This document shows positions 11,335-21,720 of a stretch of DNA of 64,000 nucleotides, piece by piece. Location of the stretch: contig LSRY02000002.1 in NCBI GenBank assembly GCA_001643675.2, forward strand, positions 1,550,001 through 1,614,000. The letters run 5' to 3'. The notes beneath the pieces are model-generated. The model made no database searches and was not told where the DNA came from. It saw only the letters and a list, made by a program, of their open reading frames with translations. This stretch comes from Monocercomonoides exilis PA203. Taxonomy: Eukaryota > Protista > Preaxostyla. Made by a program: the position numbers and the translations under genes. How positions within the stretch are numbered: the first letter of the stretch is position 1; each line of letters begins with the position of its first letter.

Positions 11335-12702
11335 ATGAAAACTTGGATAACAATTTTTTATTTTGCTGTTTTTGTTCCAGATATAAGCTTTTGCGCAATA
11401 TCTTTAAGTTTGATAACTTTATACGTTAATGATGTAATGAAGCTTTAGATGCAAAAAACTTGAAAACTTTGAGAGATGGAAGGAAATACTTACAACCAAT
11501 AAATCCTTTTTCTTTAAAGAAATTACGTCATTCAAATTTGAATTTACCTAAATTCTATGATTTACAAAAGGTTTTTCATAATTTTGTATCATTCATGCTT
11601 ATAAAATAAATATTTTCCAGGAATATCCAGATTGTATATCTCTCAAGAATATTAAAAATCAAAGGAACTGCGGAGCCTGTTGGGCTTTTGCTTCAACTGG
11701 CGCATATGCAGATGCATTGTGCATTTCAAAAAACATATCTGTTGATCCATCGCCACAATATTCAATGAATTGCGATAAATTTTGCCCTCCTGAACCATAT
11801 CAAGATAGATGTGATGGTACAAACAATTTTTTAGCTCATAACTAACATCTCTCAACGATAATTTTAACAAAAATTTAGATGGATGCAAAGGTGGAACGCT
11901 CTATATGTCAACATTATGTTTTGCCTCCTTTTATTATTTTTTAAGTTAATGATATTTTTCAACACAATTGTCAAAAGGGTTAAATGAAAACCACATTGTC
12001 GATGAAAAATGCTTTCCATATGCTGCCGATAAAAAGCAGTGCTCTAGCGAATGCAATGCATCTGACGTTCAACTTCAAAAATATCCGTATTAAAATTTTC
12101 AACTTGTTTTTTCTTTTTACAAAAAGCTTAATATCTTTAATTTCAATTTATACTTTTGCATTATTCTTTCACTTATTTTGTTTTTGCTATCGTACGAATG
12201 CATTTGCACACTTTTGAACAGTCAAATGTGCGGAGGAACTTTGAGGGATAACTCAGTTAAGGGAATGCGTGCTGCTCTCTATCATTATGGATCTCTTTTG
12301 GGTATGTTTCATCTTTTTATTTTTCTATTTTTTATTTATGACTCTTACACATTATTTGCAAAAATTATTCCTCTGATACTCATGATTTTCGAATCCTCTA
12401 TTTCTTATGACAATCAATTATTTTTCTTTGATATTGAAGTGGGATTTTTTGTTTATGATGATTTTAATCAATATCACGGAGGAGTGTACAAACAAAAAAC
12501 GGGGAGGCAAACAGATTACCACGCAGTTCGCATTGTTGGATGGGGCGAAGAAGACGATGGCTCACCGTATTGGATCATTCAGAACAGCTGGGGAGAAAAC
12601 TGGGGTGAAAAAGGAAGATTTCGTATGGCTGCAGGGATCAATGACTGCATCATTGAAGAGGAATACTACTTCTTTTTCCCATGTGATGAATTTGAAGGTT
12701 GA
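11335..12702 (+). CDS. Cathepsin B-like papain-family (C1A) cysteine protease, multi-exon
   Basis: Signal [14 protein letters not shown]..., then LPKFYDLQK. Exon 11621-11816 carries [11 protein letters not shown] (oxyanion Q, catalytic C) and SPQY..NCD. Later exons give [19 protein letters not shown] (His) and YWIIQNSWG (Asn). About 6 short introns; some boundaries are approximate. Confidence 0.9.
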
Positions 12703-12954
12703 TGATAAACAATAACCTTTACAACTTGTTGAATTTTTTAAATGAGAAGAAAATTAATTCCCAAAGATTATTTATTTTTCGTCAAAGTTGTAATATTTTT
12801 TGAACATTTCACATTTTTGCCATTTTGTTTTAAGCTAATATACATATTTTTTTTGTCTATTTTCATCTATAAAACTTAATGGAAAAAGATTTTGATTCTT
12901 TTTAATTTAAAAGTTGTGAACATTTTTCATTCAACAGTGAGTTCAAATCTTTTC

Positions 12955-13215
12955 ATATGGGTGATTATTTTTGAAATCAAATTTTTTCTTTCAAAATTTT
13001 CGGTTCAAAAATTAATCTTTAATGTTAACCAATAAACAGTGAAAAGTGAAAAAGCTTATTGAAGATAATTTTATTTTTGATGAGGTTAAAATATTTGTTT
13101 TCAAAACAGTATGATAAATTTTGCATTTGATCACAAATCTCTTCTATAAAACTCTTAATCTTTGAAAAATCAACACCCCGAAAAAAGATATGATTACAAA
13201 AATAATCACCCATAT
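12955..13215. mobile_element. MITE-like element (~260 bp), probable TA target duplication
   Basis: TIR ATATGGGTGATTATTTTTGAAATCA (12955-12979) matches 13191-13215 at 24/25. The ends read TA|TGGG...CCCA|TA. Confidence 0.75.
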
Positions 13216-13226
13216 ATAAAAACAAA

Positions 13227-13406
13227 TGGGACAAAATTTTTTCATTTATGAAAAATTCAAAGATTTGTTCCAAACATTTTCTGTAATCGTTTGATTATTA
13301 TACTGTCATTATCGTGCATTCTTAAATATAAAAATATAAAAAAACGAAAAAAATCTTTGAAATAACTGTGTGGAACAAAATTCATAAAACATAAAATTTT
13401 GTCCCA
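13227..13406. mobile_element. Second MITE-like element (~180 bp) directly next to the previous one
   Basis: TIR TGGGACAAAATTTTTTCATTTATGAA (13227-13252) matches 13381-13406 at 23/26. Confidence 0.6.
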
Positions 13407-13719
13407 AATATGCAACCATTGAAAATTAAATGTTTATTATTCTGTTTTTTTTCAAAATGAAAACTTAAATAAAATTACAAAATAACGTTATTTTTTATTC
13501 TTCACAGAAAAGTGATATAAATATGTTTGATTGCAGATAATTTTTATTATTGAGTAATAATAACATAAAAAATGTTTTTCATTTTCGAAATTTTCTAATG
13601 ATATTTTTATAAACAATGATATTTAACTTCAATAGTCTTTTGCATTTTTCATCAATCAACATATATCAATTTGATCTGTACCATTACCAGTCCATATCAA
13701 ATAGTGTCATTTCAAGGAG

Positions 13720-16700
13720 GTGAGTTTCATAATGATTGCACAAACTGCACGCGAACACAACCGTGCAGTTGTCAAGCACTTAATGGACCACATGCATTCA
13801 CCTTACCAAATTATCAATCAATTGCTATGTCTTCTCGAAAATCCAACATTTTCACGCTCACCTTCAAGCGTTTTTCTCAGATACAACTTGGCACTTTTAT
13901 TTTATCAATGTGGACAATACAATAGAGTTGTAACTCTTTTGTCTCCGTGCGTTGGAAGCAAAGATTGCATGACTCTTATTTTTAAGACAAATTGGACTTT
14001 TTGCCTTCAACTCCATCTCCTCCTTCTCGCAGTGCAACTTAAAATAGGAGATGAAGATCAATGCACTTCCTTATTTTCACAAATATCACATTTCCAAAAT
14101 CCAGTTACTCCAGTAGATTCGGAACAATCTCAACACATTTTTTGCTGCCATCGGATCGCAAGATACCTTTTCAGTTGCCTTCATCCGAATATCCATCAAA
14201 TCACTCATCGCGACTTCGATAATATCACATCAATGATTTCTGTAAAATGTAATTCTCAAGCATCACAAAGTCTCCTACCTCTTCTTTTAGCTCGTGAAGC
14301 TTTGATGAATAAAGACTATGTGAAATCACTAACAATATTAAAAGCCTCACTACGAAATGTTTTGCCGCAGCATAGGCAAATGTATCTCAACAATATTGGG
14401 GTGATTCATATGGCTCTTAATCAATATGCAATTGCATCAATATGGTTTTGTCAAGCACTAAATGATAGCGATGAGGTTTACAAATCCAATATTCAAATCT
14501 TTGAAGGGAAAAACATTAAATCAGTAGACTTACAGAAACCGAATCGCCTTTCAGAGGATCAAGACGGAAGTTATTCTCCTCATCTTCGAAATGCATTCAC
14601 AATGGAGTCCTTGTATTCTTCATTCGAAAAAATCAAAACACACCCCCAATTACTGTCTGAAACCCATCGTGGTCTGATTGCGTTTAATCTTGGATGTGCC
14701 CTTCTAATGATGCGACTGTATGAGGAAGCCTTCTTCTGCTTGAAGGAAGCGGTGCTGTGTCTTCCCCGCTCAGCAGAGATTTGGATAAAGCTGTCTGAAT
14801 GCTGCATTATTTCAACAGAGAAAAGGAAAGCCGCAGAAAGGCAAGAACAAGTGCTCAGAGCAGAAGAAATGAGGCGCATGAGGCACAACCAGCTGATGAA
14901 AAGAAAGAAGAATGCGATTTTTCCTGAGAATATTGAACAGAGTGAAGGAGATAAACATAGAAACTTAAAAACTGCTGATAAACATATTTCTTCTTCTTCC
15001 TCTACTTCGTCAGCAACCTCTTCAACATCTTCAACAACAGTCACTCAACCTTCATCTCTTAACCCTTCTCCTCTGGCCTTTACTGATCTTCTTCCAGTGC
15101 CATCAGGAAACATGCATCTTTCCACAGCCGAACAAGAGTATTTGAAGAGCGAAGCGCAACGTGGCTACATTTGCTCAGAAAGCGAAGTGAAGAAAGGAGT
15201 GGGGATTTCTAAACAAGGGCTCCTTCATTACCCTTCTTTTCCACACGAAAGCGCACCATCAAGTAGCCACAATTGTTTCCATTGTTCAGAAAAGCTCGAC
15301 AACTCACCACAAAGCCAGGATCAGCACATGCAACAGATAGAAACAGCATCTTCTCCTGCTCCTCTGCTGACATCTTCTCCACAAGCTTCTTCATCCTTTT
15401 CTGCTCACCTGTCTTCTGATGCTTTTCAGGCATCTGCTTCGACTAACAGCTTTTTCACTGATTTTCTTTCTCACCACCCGTTTTTCGCTCGCCCTTCTTG
15501 TCTTCCTCATTCGTCTGTTTCATTTTCTTCACTTCAAACATCACCAGCTCCTCTTTCTTCATCCCCATCCATCTCATCGGCATCTTCTGCAGCTTCATCA
15601 TCATTATCATTATTTTCTTCTTCTCTGTCTCGCTCCACAGCCACATCTTCATCAGCACACAATTCCTCCTCACCAAACACTTCCTTTTCAGACAGCACAC
15701 TTCCCTCATTAGATGCCCCCTCTCCTCTCTTTCCCTCTGTTCCTGTCTATTCCTTTCCGCTGGGTGCCTACGAGTATTCCCGCTGGCTCTTTGCCACTTC
15801 GATCTTCCCCACAACACACCTGGACCACCCGCAGCACCCGAAGGGGCCTGTTGAGATGAACGAAATCACGCTGAAGGAGCTGAGGGACGCAAAGGACGAA
15901 GAATATAACACCACCACCACCAACAACAAAGAGAATGGTGATGCAAATGCTAAGGAAGAAGGAGAAGAAGACAAAGCAAACAACAAAGACAAAGGCAAAG
16001 AAGAAAAGGATATGGATGATGCTAACAAAACAACAGATGCGCAAGATAGAAGCAACGAAGCTGGAGAAGAGAAAAAGAAAAACAAAAGTGGAAAAGAAAA
16101 AACTGGGCCTGTAGATTCAAGCGATTCCTCCCGAACAGCCTTGTCACCTTCAAATTCACCATCACCTTCTCCATCGACAGCATCTTCATCATCAATAACA
16201 TCAACCACATCCACAACTTCCTCTTCCTCTTCTTCTTCCTTTTCATCCGCATCTTCCAATCATTCCACGCTGTGCAGTCAGTCTGCTCTTCTGTCTGGTG
16301 ACATTTCTCTGTCTTTTGCCTCCGCCTGCCTGGAAACTGCACTCTCGCTCACAGAGCAGAATGTGCTGGAGAAGAAAGACCACTCAAACAGGATCCTTCA
16401 GAACCTCAGAACAATCAGCGAGAAAGGCAAAGGGCTGAACCAGCAGATCCTGAGTCTGGTGACAGAGCTGAAGGAGAAAGAGAAAGAAAAGCAGGCAGCG
16501 AAAAAGGGGAAAGAGAAAGAGAAAGAATCAGACGGGAAAGATGCGAAAGAAGCGGAACAATCACAGGACTCGCCTCTGACATCGCCAGAGCTGATGCAGT
16601 TACAACAACAGCAACAGCAACTGTCCATTCAACAGCAGCACAACCTGACACAATACAACCAGCATCTCCAGAACATCCGGTCGCTTTCTTCTCTTCAATG

Positions 16701-18567
16701 CCATTTGCTCTGTGTATTGGCATATGTGAAGCTCTGTCTGGGAGAAACGCGGCTGGCGCTGATGAAGACAGACGAGGTGCTGTTTGTGGCAGATGCGCTC
16801 GAGGCATCTGCCAATCTCTGCGCTTCAACGGCTCCTGGTTCATCTACCCAACAGCAATCATCATCAACATCTTCTTCTTCCTCTTCCTCAGCAAACACAT
16901 CGGGACCTATGGCTTCTTCTTCTTCCTCATCATCTTCCTCCTCTCCGCTTTCTCTTTCACTTCCACGTGTTCCACTTCCTGTTCGGCTGTTTGCACTTCT
17001 CATTCGTGCAGATGCATTGTCCTGTTTGGGAGATACAGCAAAAGCGCAACAGACGCTGGAAACTGTTGCGAGACTGAACTATCAGAAAAAGTCAAGAAAA
17101 AAGGCAAAAAAGAGAAAAGAACAGGAAAACAAAACAGAAGCCGTTGGAGCTGAAGAACAAAAACGAGATGTTTCTGCAAATGAAAAGATTCTCAATGAAA
17201 AAGCCGAACCGAAGAAGCATCCCAAACAAAAGAATGATCAGAGTCCAATACGTAAAGCGAATGAAGATGCTTCCGCTGACACAGAGAACATCATTGAAAC
17301 ATTAAAGATAACAGATAGAAAAGAAGATTTATGTGCTTTATTGAAGCAGAAGATGCCGACTGTTATGCCCAATGGAAGCACGCTTATTGAAAGAAAGAAG
17401 TTCGAAAGAAACAAGGCGACGAAAGAGAGGCTGAAAATGGAGAAAGAAAACGAATTAATCAAACATTTTACGAGCACAGACTTTGAAGCTGTTGATCCAT
17501 CTGACTTGGAATCTGTTGCATTTGACATATCACCTTCATTTCACTTCTTGTCATCATTTTTGGCTTCTACACCTTTGGCAACAAATACATATGCAAACAC
17601 AAACACAAATTCATGGCAGCAAGCTAGCTTTGTCCGCACAGAAGACCCAAGCTCAGCTTTTTGGTGTTCTGCTGAGCAGCAGACGGGAAGGCTGCGTTCG
17701 CTCACTGAACTCCACGAAGAAACTGTTAGAATCATTCAACAACAGCAGCAGCAACATCAGCAGAAGACAAAGAAGACTCCAAACGAATCTCAGCCGGATG
17801 ACAAAGGCGAAGAAATGAACATTTTCAAACAGCCGATTTTCCCCTCTGAATTGTCGTTTGCTTCTTCCTCTCTGTCTTCTTCTTTGTCAAAATCATCTTC
17901 ACCTGCCCCTCCAACATCTGACTGCTATGCACTTCTTGATCCAAATCTTCCATTTCCCCCAGCTTCTTCAGCACTCACACTTGTCTCTCCTCTGAAGATG
18001 CCTGCAACATCAATCGTGCACAGTAATCTGGATGCTATCAAACTAAACGAGCAAATAAATTCTTCAAGCTTATGCCTTTCAGATCAGAAATCAAAGCGCA
18101 AAATGTCTGAAAAAGATGTTGCCATTGAACTTGGTGATAGAAAAGCACAAAAAAGCTCACTCATTTCTTCAAAATCTGCTTGTCGCGATGAAAAAACACG
18201 TTCTGACATGCGTGCCAAAGGATTTAGTCCTGGTTCATTGACTTCATCACCATCATCTTCGTCGTCGTCTTCTTCTTCTTCAAACAAAAAAGAAAGAGTT
18301 AAGCCTACTCTTCGTTCTCTTCTCTCTTCTGCTTCATTACAAGATACGAATACAGAACTTTCTATGGCTCCCTTCAATCATTTGTCAACCACTTCATCCT
18401 CTTTGCCTAAATCTTTGTCTTCTTCATCAACAATCAACAGCACGCCACATCTTCCTTCCTTTGCCAACTTCACAGATTCGTCATTCCGTCGATGCATAAG
18501 CAAGCGAACACCTTATTCAACTCTTCTTTCTTCTTCTCAGAGACAACTTCCACATCGGTGTCAATAG
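13720..18567 (+). CDS. CNOT10: CCR4-NOT complex subunit 10 (TPR protein) with large low-complexity insertions; true start uncertain
   Basis: The CNOT10 blocks occur in order: LNNIGVIH...A..WF.QAL; FNLGCALL...AFFCLKEAV....AEIWIKLSECCI; SLSFASACLETAL; LLCVLAYVKLCLGE..LAL; LFALLIRADAL. GTGAGT at 13720 may be a donor (intron 13720-13768), which implies upstream exon(s). Confidence 0.8.
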   Translation: MSFIMIAQTAREHNRAVVKHLMDHMHSPYQIINQLLCLLENPTFSRSPSSVFLRYNLALLFYQCGQYNRVVTLLSPCVGSKDCMTLIFKTNWTFCLQLHLLLLAVQLKIGDEDQCTSLFSQISHFQNPVTPVDSEQSQHIFCCHRIARYLFSCLHPNIHQITHRDFDNITSMISVKCNSQASQSLLPLLLAREALMNKDYVKSLTILKASLRNVLPQHRQMYLNNIGVIHMALNQYAIASIWFCQALNDSDEVYKSNIQIFEGKNIKSVDLQKPNRLSEDQDGSYSPHLRNAFTMESLYSSFEKIKTHPQLLSETHRGLIAFNLGCALLMMRLYEEAFFCLKEAVLCLPRSAEIWIKLSECCIISTEKRKAAERQEQVLRAEEMRRMRHNQLMKRKKNAIFPENIEQSEGDKHRNLKTADKHISSSSSTSSATSSTSSTTVTQPSSLNPSPLAFTDLLPVPSGNMHLSTAEQEYLKSEAQRGYICSESEVKKGVGISKQGLLHYPSFPHESAPSSSHNCFHCSEKLDNSPQSQDQHMQQIETASSPAPLLTSSPQASSSFSAHLSSDAFQASASTNSFFTDFLSHHPFFARPSCLPHSSVSFSSLQTSPAPLSSSPSISSASSAASSSLSLFSSSLSRSTATSSSAHNSSSPNTSFSDSTLPSLDAPSPLFPSVPVYSFPLGAYEYSRWLFATSIFPTTHLDHPQHPKGPVEMNEITLKELRDAKDEEYNTTTTNNKENGDANAKEEGEEDKANNKDKGKEEKDMDDANKTTDAQDRSNEAGEEKKKNKSGKEKTGPVDSSDSSRTALSPSNSPSPSPSTASSSSITSTTSTTSSSSSSSFSSASSNHSTLCSQSALLSGDISLSFASACLETALSLTEQNVLEKKDHSNRILQNLRTISEKGKGLNQQILSLVTELKEKEKEKQAAKKGKEKEKESDGKDAKEAEQSQDSPLTSPELMQLQQQQQQLSIQQQHNLTQYNQHLQNIRSLSSLQCHLLCVLAYVKLCLGETRLALMKTDEVLFVADALEASANLCASTAPGSSTQQQSSSTSSSSSSSANTSGPMASSSSSSSSSSPLSLSLPRVPLPVRLFALLIRADALSCLGDTAKAQQTLETVARLNYQKKSRKKAKKRKEQENKTEAVGAEEQKRDVSANEKILNEKAEPKKHPKQKNDQSPIRKANEDASADTENIIETLKITDRKEDLCALLKQKMPTVMPNGSTLIERKKFERNKATKERLKMEKENELIKHFTSTDFEAVDPSDLESVAFDISPSFHFLSSFLASTPLATNTYANTNTNSWQQASFVRTEDPSSAFWCSAEQQTGRLRSLTELHEETVRIIQQQQQQHQQKTKKTPNESQPDDKGEEMNIFKQPIFPSELSFASSSLSSSLSKSSSPAPPTSDCYALLDPNLPFPPASSALTLVSPLKMPATSIVHSNLDAIKLNEQINSSSLCLSDQKSKRKMSEKDVAIELGDRKAQKSSLISSKSACRDEKTRSDMRAKGFSPGSLTSSPSSSSSSSSSSNKKERVKPTLRSLLSSASLQDTNTELSMAPFNHLSTTSSSLPKSLSSSSTINSTPHLPSFANFTDSSFRRCISKRTPYSTLLSSSQRQLPHRCQ

Positions 18568-21312
18568 CCTTCTTATCATTATGTAATTGTTTTTCTATGA
18601 CATACTGATTTCTGTAATTAGTTTTTTTCTCTTATCTCCTTGAGATTTCTAGCAGCTCTTATAATCCCCCCAAATTTATCATCACTTTTTCTTGTAGTTA
18701 TTTGTGCTTATTGCGTATCTCTTTGTTTATTTCAATTATTTTATTTAATTTTCTTTCCTTTCATTTCATTTTCAATTTTAATCCTATGAAACTGTACTTA
18801 TATTTTTGAATTCATTTTTATTCAATTCATGTTTGAAAATGTTTAGTTGTTCTAACTCGACTATTATTCTCCGTGTGCTTTATTTTAATATATTTTTTTC
18901 ATCACTTAATATCTACGTATAGCTTATACTGTTATACGTGCGTTTTTTTATTTTTGTTTAATTTCTCAAAATATGAAATTGTATTGTAATACTGTTCTGT
19001 TTCATTTTTTCCCACTCATCATCCGTTTGTTCTCATGGCTTGAAATAGATTTTGAATAAAGGCAATATTTTATTTTTTCAATGTTTATTCAATTATTCAT
19101 ATGGACGCCATTTCTTTTTGTGATTTTTTTCTTTTAATTCTTCAGGCCTTGAGTCTTTATTCAATGTTGTTTGTCTAGTAGCACAATAAATGTTTCTGTT
19201 TTAAATGCGTCACACAGGTTAGCTATCTTTCCCTTCTTTGTTGTGGAAGGAGTTGGCTGCACTTTGTTGCTTGCGCGATTTGAAAAAAAAAATATTTCCA
19301 CAATAACTGTTTTTTTGACATTTATCCATTTCACATTTTTATTTATTCTTTTCATTTCTTTCCTGCTCACACACTCACTTTATCGATTTCTTTCCCCTCT
19401 TTAAAAGTCTTCTCAACCCCCAAACTTTCATCAAATTAAAACAAACAATAAAATCTTTGAATCGTCAATTTTTTGTTTTTTTCATTTTTTTTGAAATTTT
19501 AAGAAAAAGCAAACCTCTAAATGATCAACTTACTCAAACCCATTATTAGACACTGTTAAATCACGAAATTTTCACTTTTTTCAGAAGTTGCCTTATTCTC
19601 TACAAACACAAATTAATTTCCACCAAGAATGAAAATCCACGGAAAGGTGCATGACAGGAAGTGGTTAATTATTGTTATTACTTTTTCGAAGTGAAAAGTT
19701 TCACAAATTAAAAGTTAATTGATATATAAATTTGCAAATAGGCGTAATCTGTGAAAGATATCTTCATAAAAAAATCCGAAATCAAACAAAACAGACATTA
19801 ATGTAAAGTCAGAAGGGAAAGATGGCGAAAGAGTCAGCAAACAAAGGAAAACCATTCCAAAAGTCCAAACAAAGACAAATACACCGACACAAGGCAACAT
19901 ATCTTTTGATCATCGAAGCAATGAAATAGCATTCATGTTAAAATGCAGGAAAAATGTTAAAAAATTAAAAAAATACAATGAATATTAATAAAATTTAAGT
20001 AAAATAAAAAAAAAATGCAAGAAAATTAGAAAAAAGCTTGAAATATAACTAGTAATCAACAACAAACCAAACGAACTGCAAAGGAAAGATCCGAGATCAG
20101 TGTGAAGAAAATAAAATTATAAAAATTATCATCATAATAATAATACGTTACAACAACAATAATAATCTAAATAATCAAAATAATAATAATAATAATAATA
20201 GAAATTTGTTCAAAAGTGTGATTAAAAAAAGAAGAATAGAAAGAAATCATAGAAAGTTTCAAAAATTTGAATAATAGGAAAGAAGAAGAAAGAAATTGAT
20301 AATCCTATATTTAGAATTATGTTCAACAAGCTTTAAAAGCATAATTTTTTTTTATTGTTAAAAAAAATAAAAATAATAAAATAAAATACCATCGAGCTAC
20401 AGTGGCATTTACAAACAAAAGGAGAAATATTATGTAACATAAAAAACGTATGCGAAAAAAATAATAATTATTGCAATCAAACGCACAATAAACCTCGCAA
20501 ATGAAAGATGAAAGCACCTAACAACATAAAAGCCCTTGCTTGAAACTAATTCTCATAAGATAATCACAAAATAATTATCAAAAACAAATTGAAAACAAAT
20601 TGTTTTATCCATTTTAATTTGTGAAACTTATACCAAAACATGAATGATACAGACAACACAACTAAAATTGTGAGTCAGAACTATGGTGATTCATTATGAA
20701 GAAGGGCATATGAAAAGAAAACCTAAAAAAAACATGTATCCATTTGAGGTTCATGGACACAGATTCATTAGGTTTCTTTTAAGGTTGTCAAAGTGTTTCA
20801 TGATAAAAAATATAATAATAATAATTAAGATAAAGTTAAATCCGTAATGCTGAGCACCTTAAAAATCGCTTAGCGATCTTTTGCAGCAGACAAAGAAAAT
20901 AAACAAAAAAAAGAAAATAAAGTAAAAAATTCAAAAAAAAAGTGATGCTAATGCTTTTCATAAAAAATAAAAAACTAATCCGACATAGATTCCTACTCAT
21001 GCCATTTATATTGATAAGAAAAGAGCTGTTTTGAGTTGGATTATATCCTTTCTAACTCTATCATTCCTATGACAGCTTTTCAGTTCCTTTCAAACACATT
21101 CGTTTGCGTTTCATTGATTATTTTTAGTCCCCCTTCAATAATTATGCTTCTTTGATTTTTCACGTTTGATGTAATCTTCAGCATCAAAGAAAATCTCGTA
21201 ACTTTTTCATTCAAAAAGAATGATCGTTGAAGCAACTTTATTTCTTGTATAAGATTTAGAAGAAGAAGATAACAGATTATTAACAGATGATACAGATTAG
21301 GATGAGAATTGC

Positions 21313-21689
21313 TTAAGATTTAGTAAGATTTTTGGAAGGGGGAGAAGGAAGAGAAATTGGATCAGAAGTGTTAGAATTATGAGAAGAAGAAGAAGAAGAA
21401 GCCGAAATAGAGTGCTTTGACTGAGGTGGAGGAGGAGGTAAAGAAAGGTGAGAGAAAGAAGAACGCGAAACACTGTTATCTCCAATTTCTGATGGGATGG
21501 AACGCAAAAACGAAGAAAAAGAGCTCAAAGCAGGTGGCTCTGAAGGAAAAGAAGGCAAAACATAACGTTCTTTCAATGAGGTTGTTTTCTCACAAAGTTT
21601 GTGTTCTCTTTCTGTCAGTGCAGAAGTGGCAGGAGTAGACGGATGTTGAGAAGGAAGCAACGTAGTCAAAGGAAACGAACGGATCGAAG

Positions 21690-21720
<31 letters not shown>

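Noticed and set aside
19140-21000. Scattered hydrophobic minus-strand fragments (e.g. 19715-19900) suggesting a multi-exon membrane protein or pseudogene
   Set aside because: No consistent in-phase exon chain or family motif could be built by eye; RNA-seq is needed.
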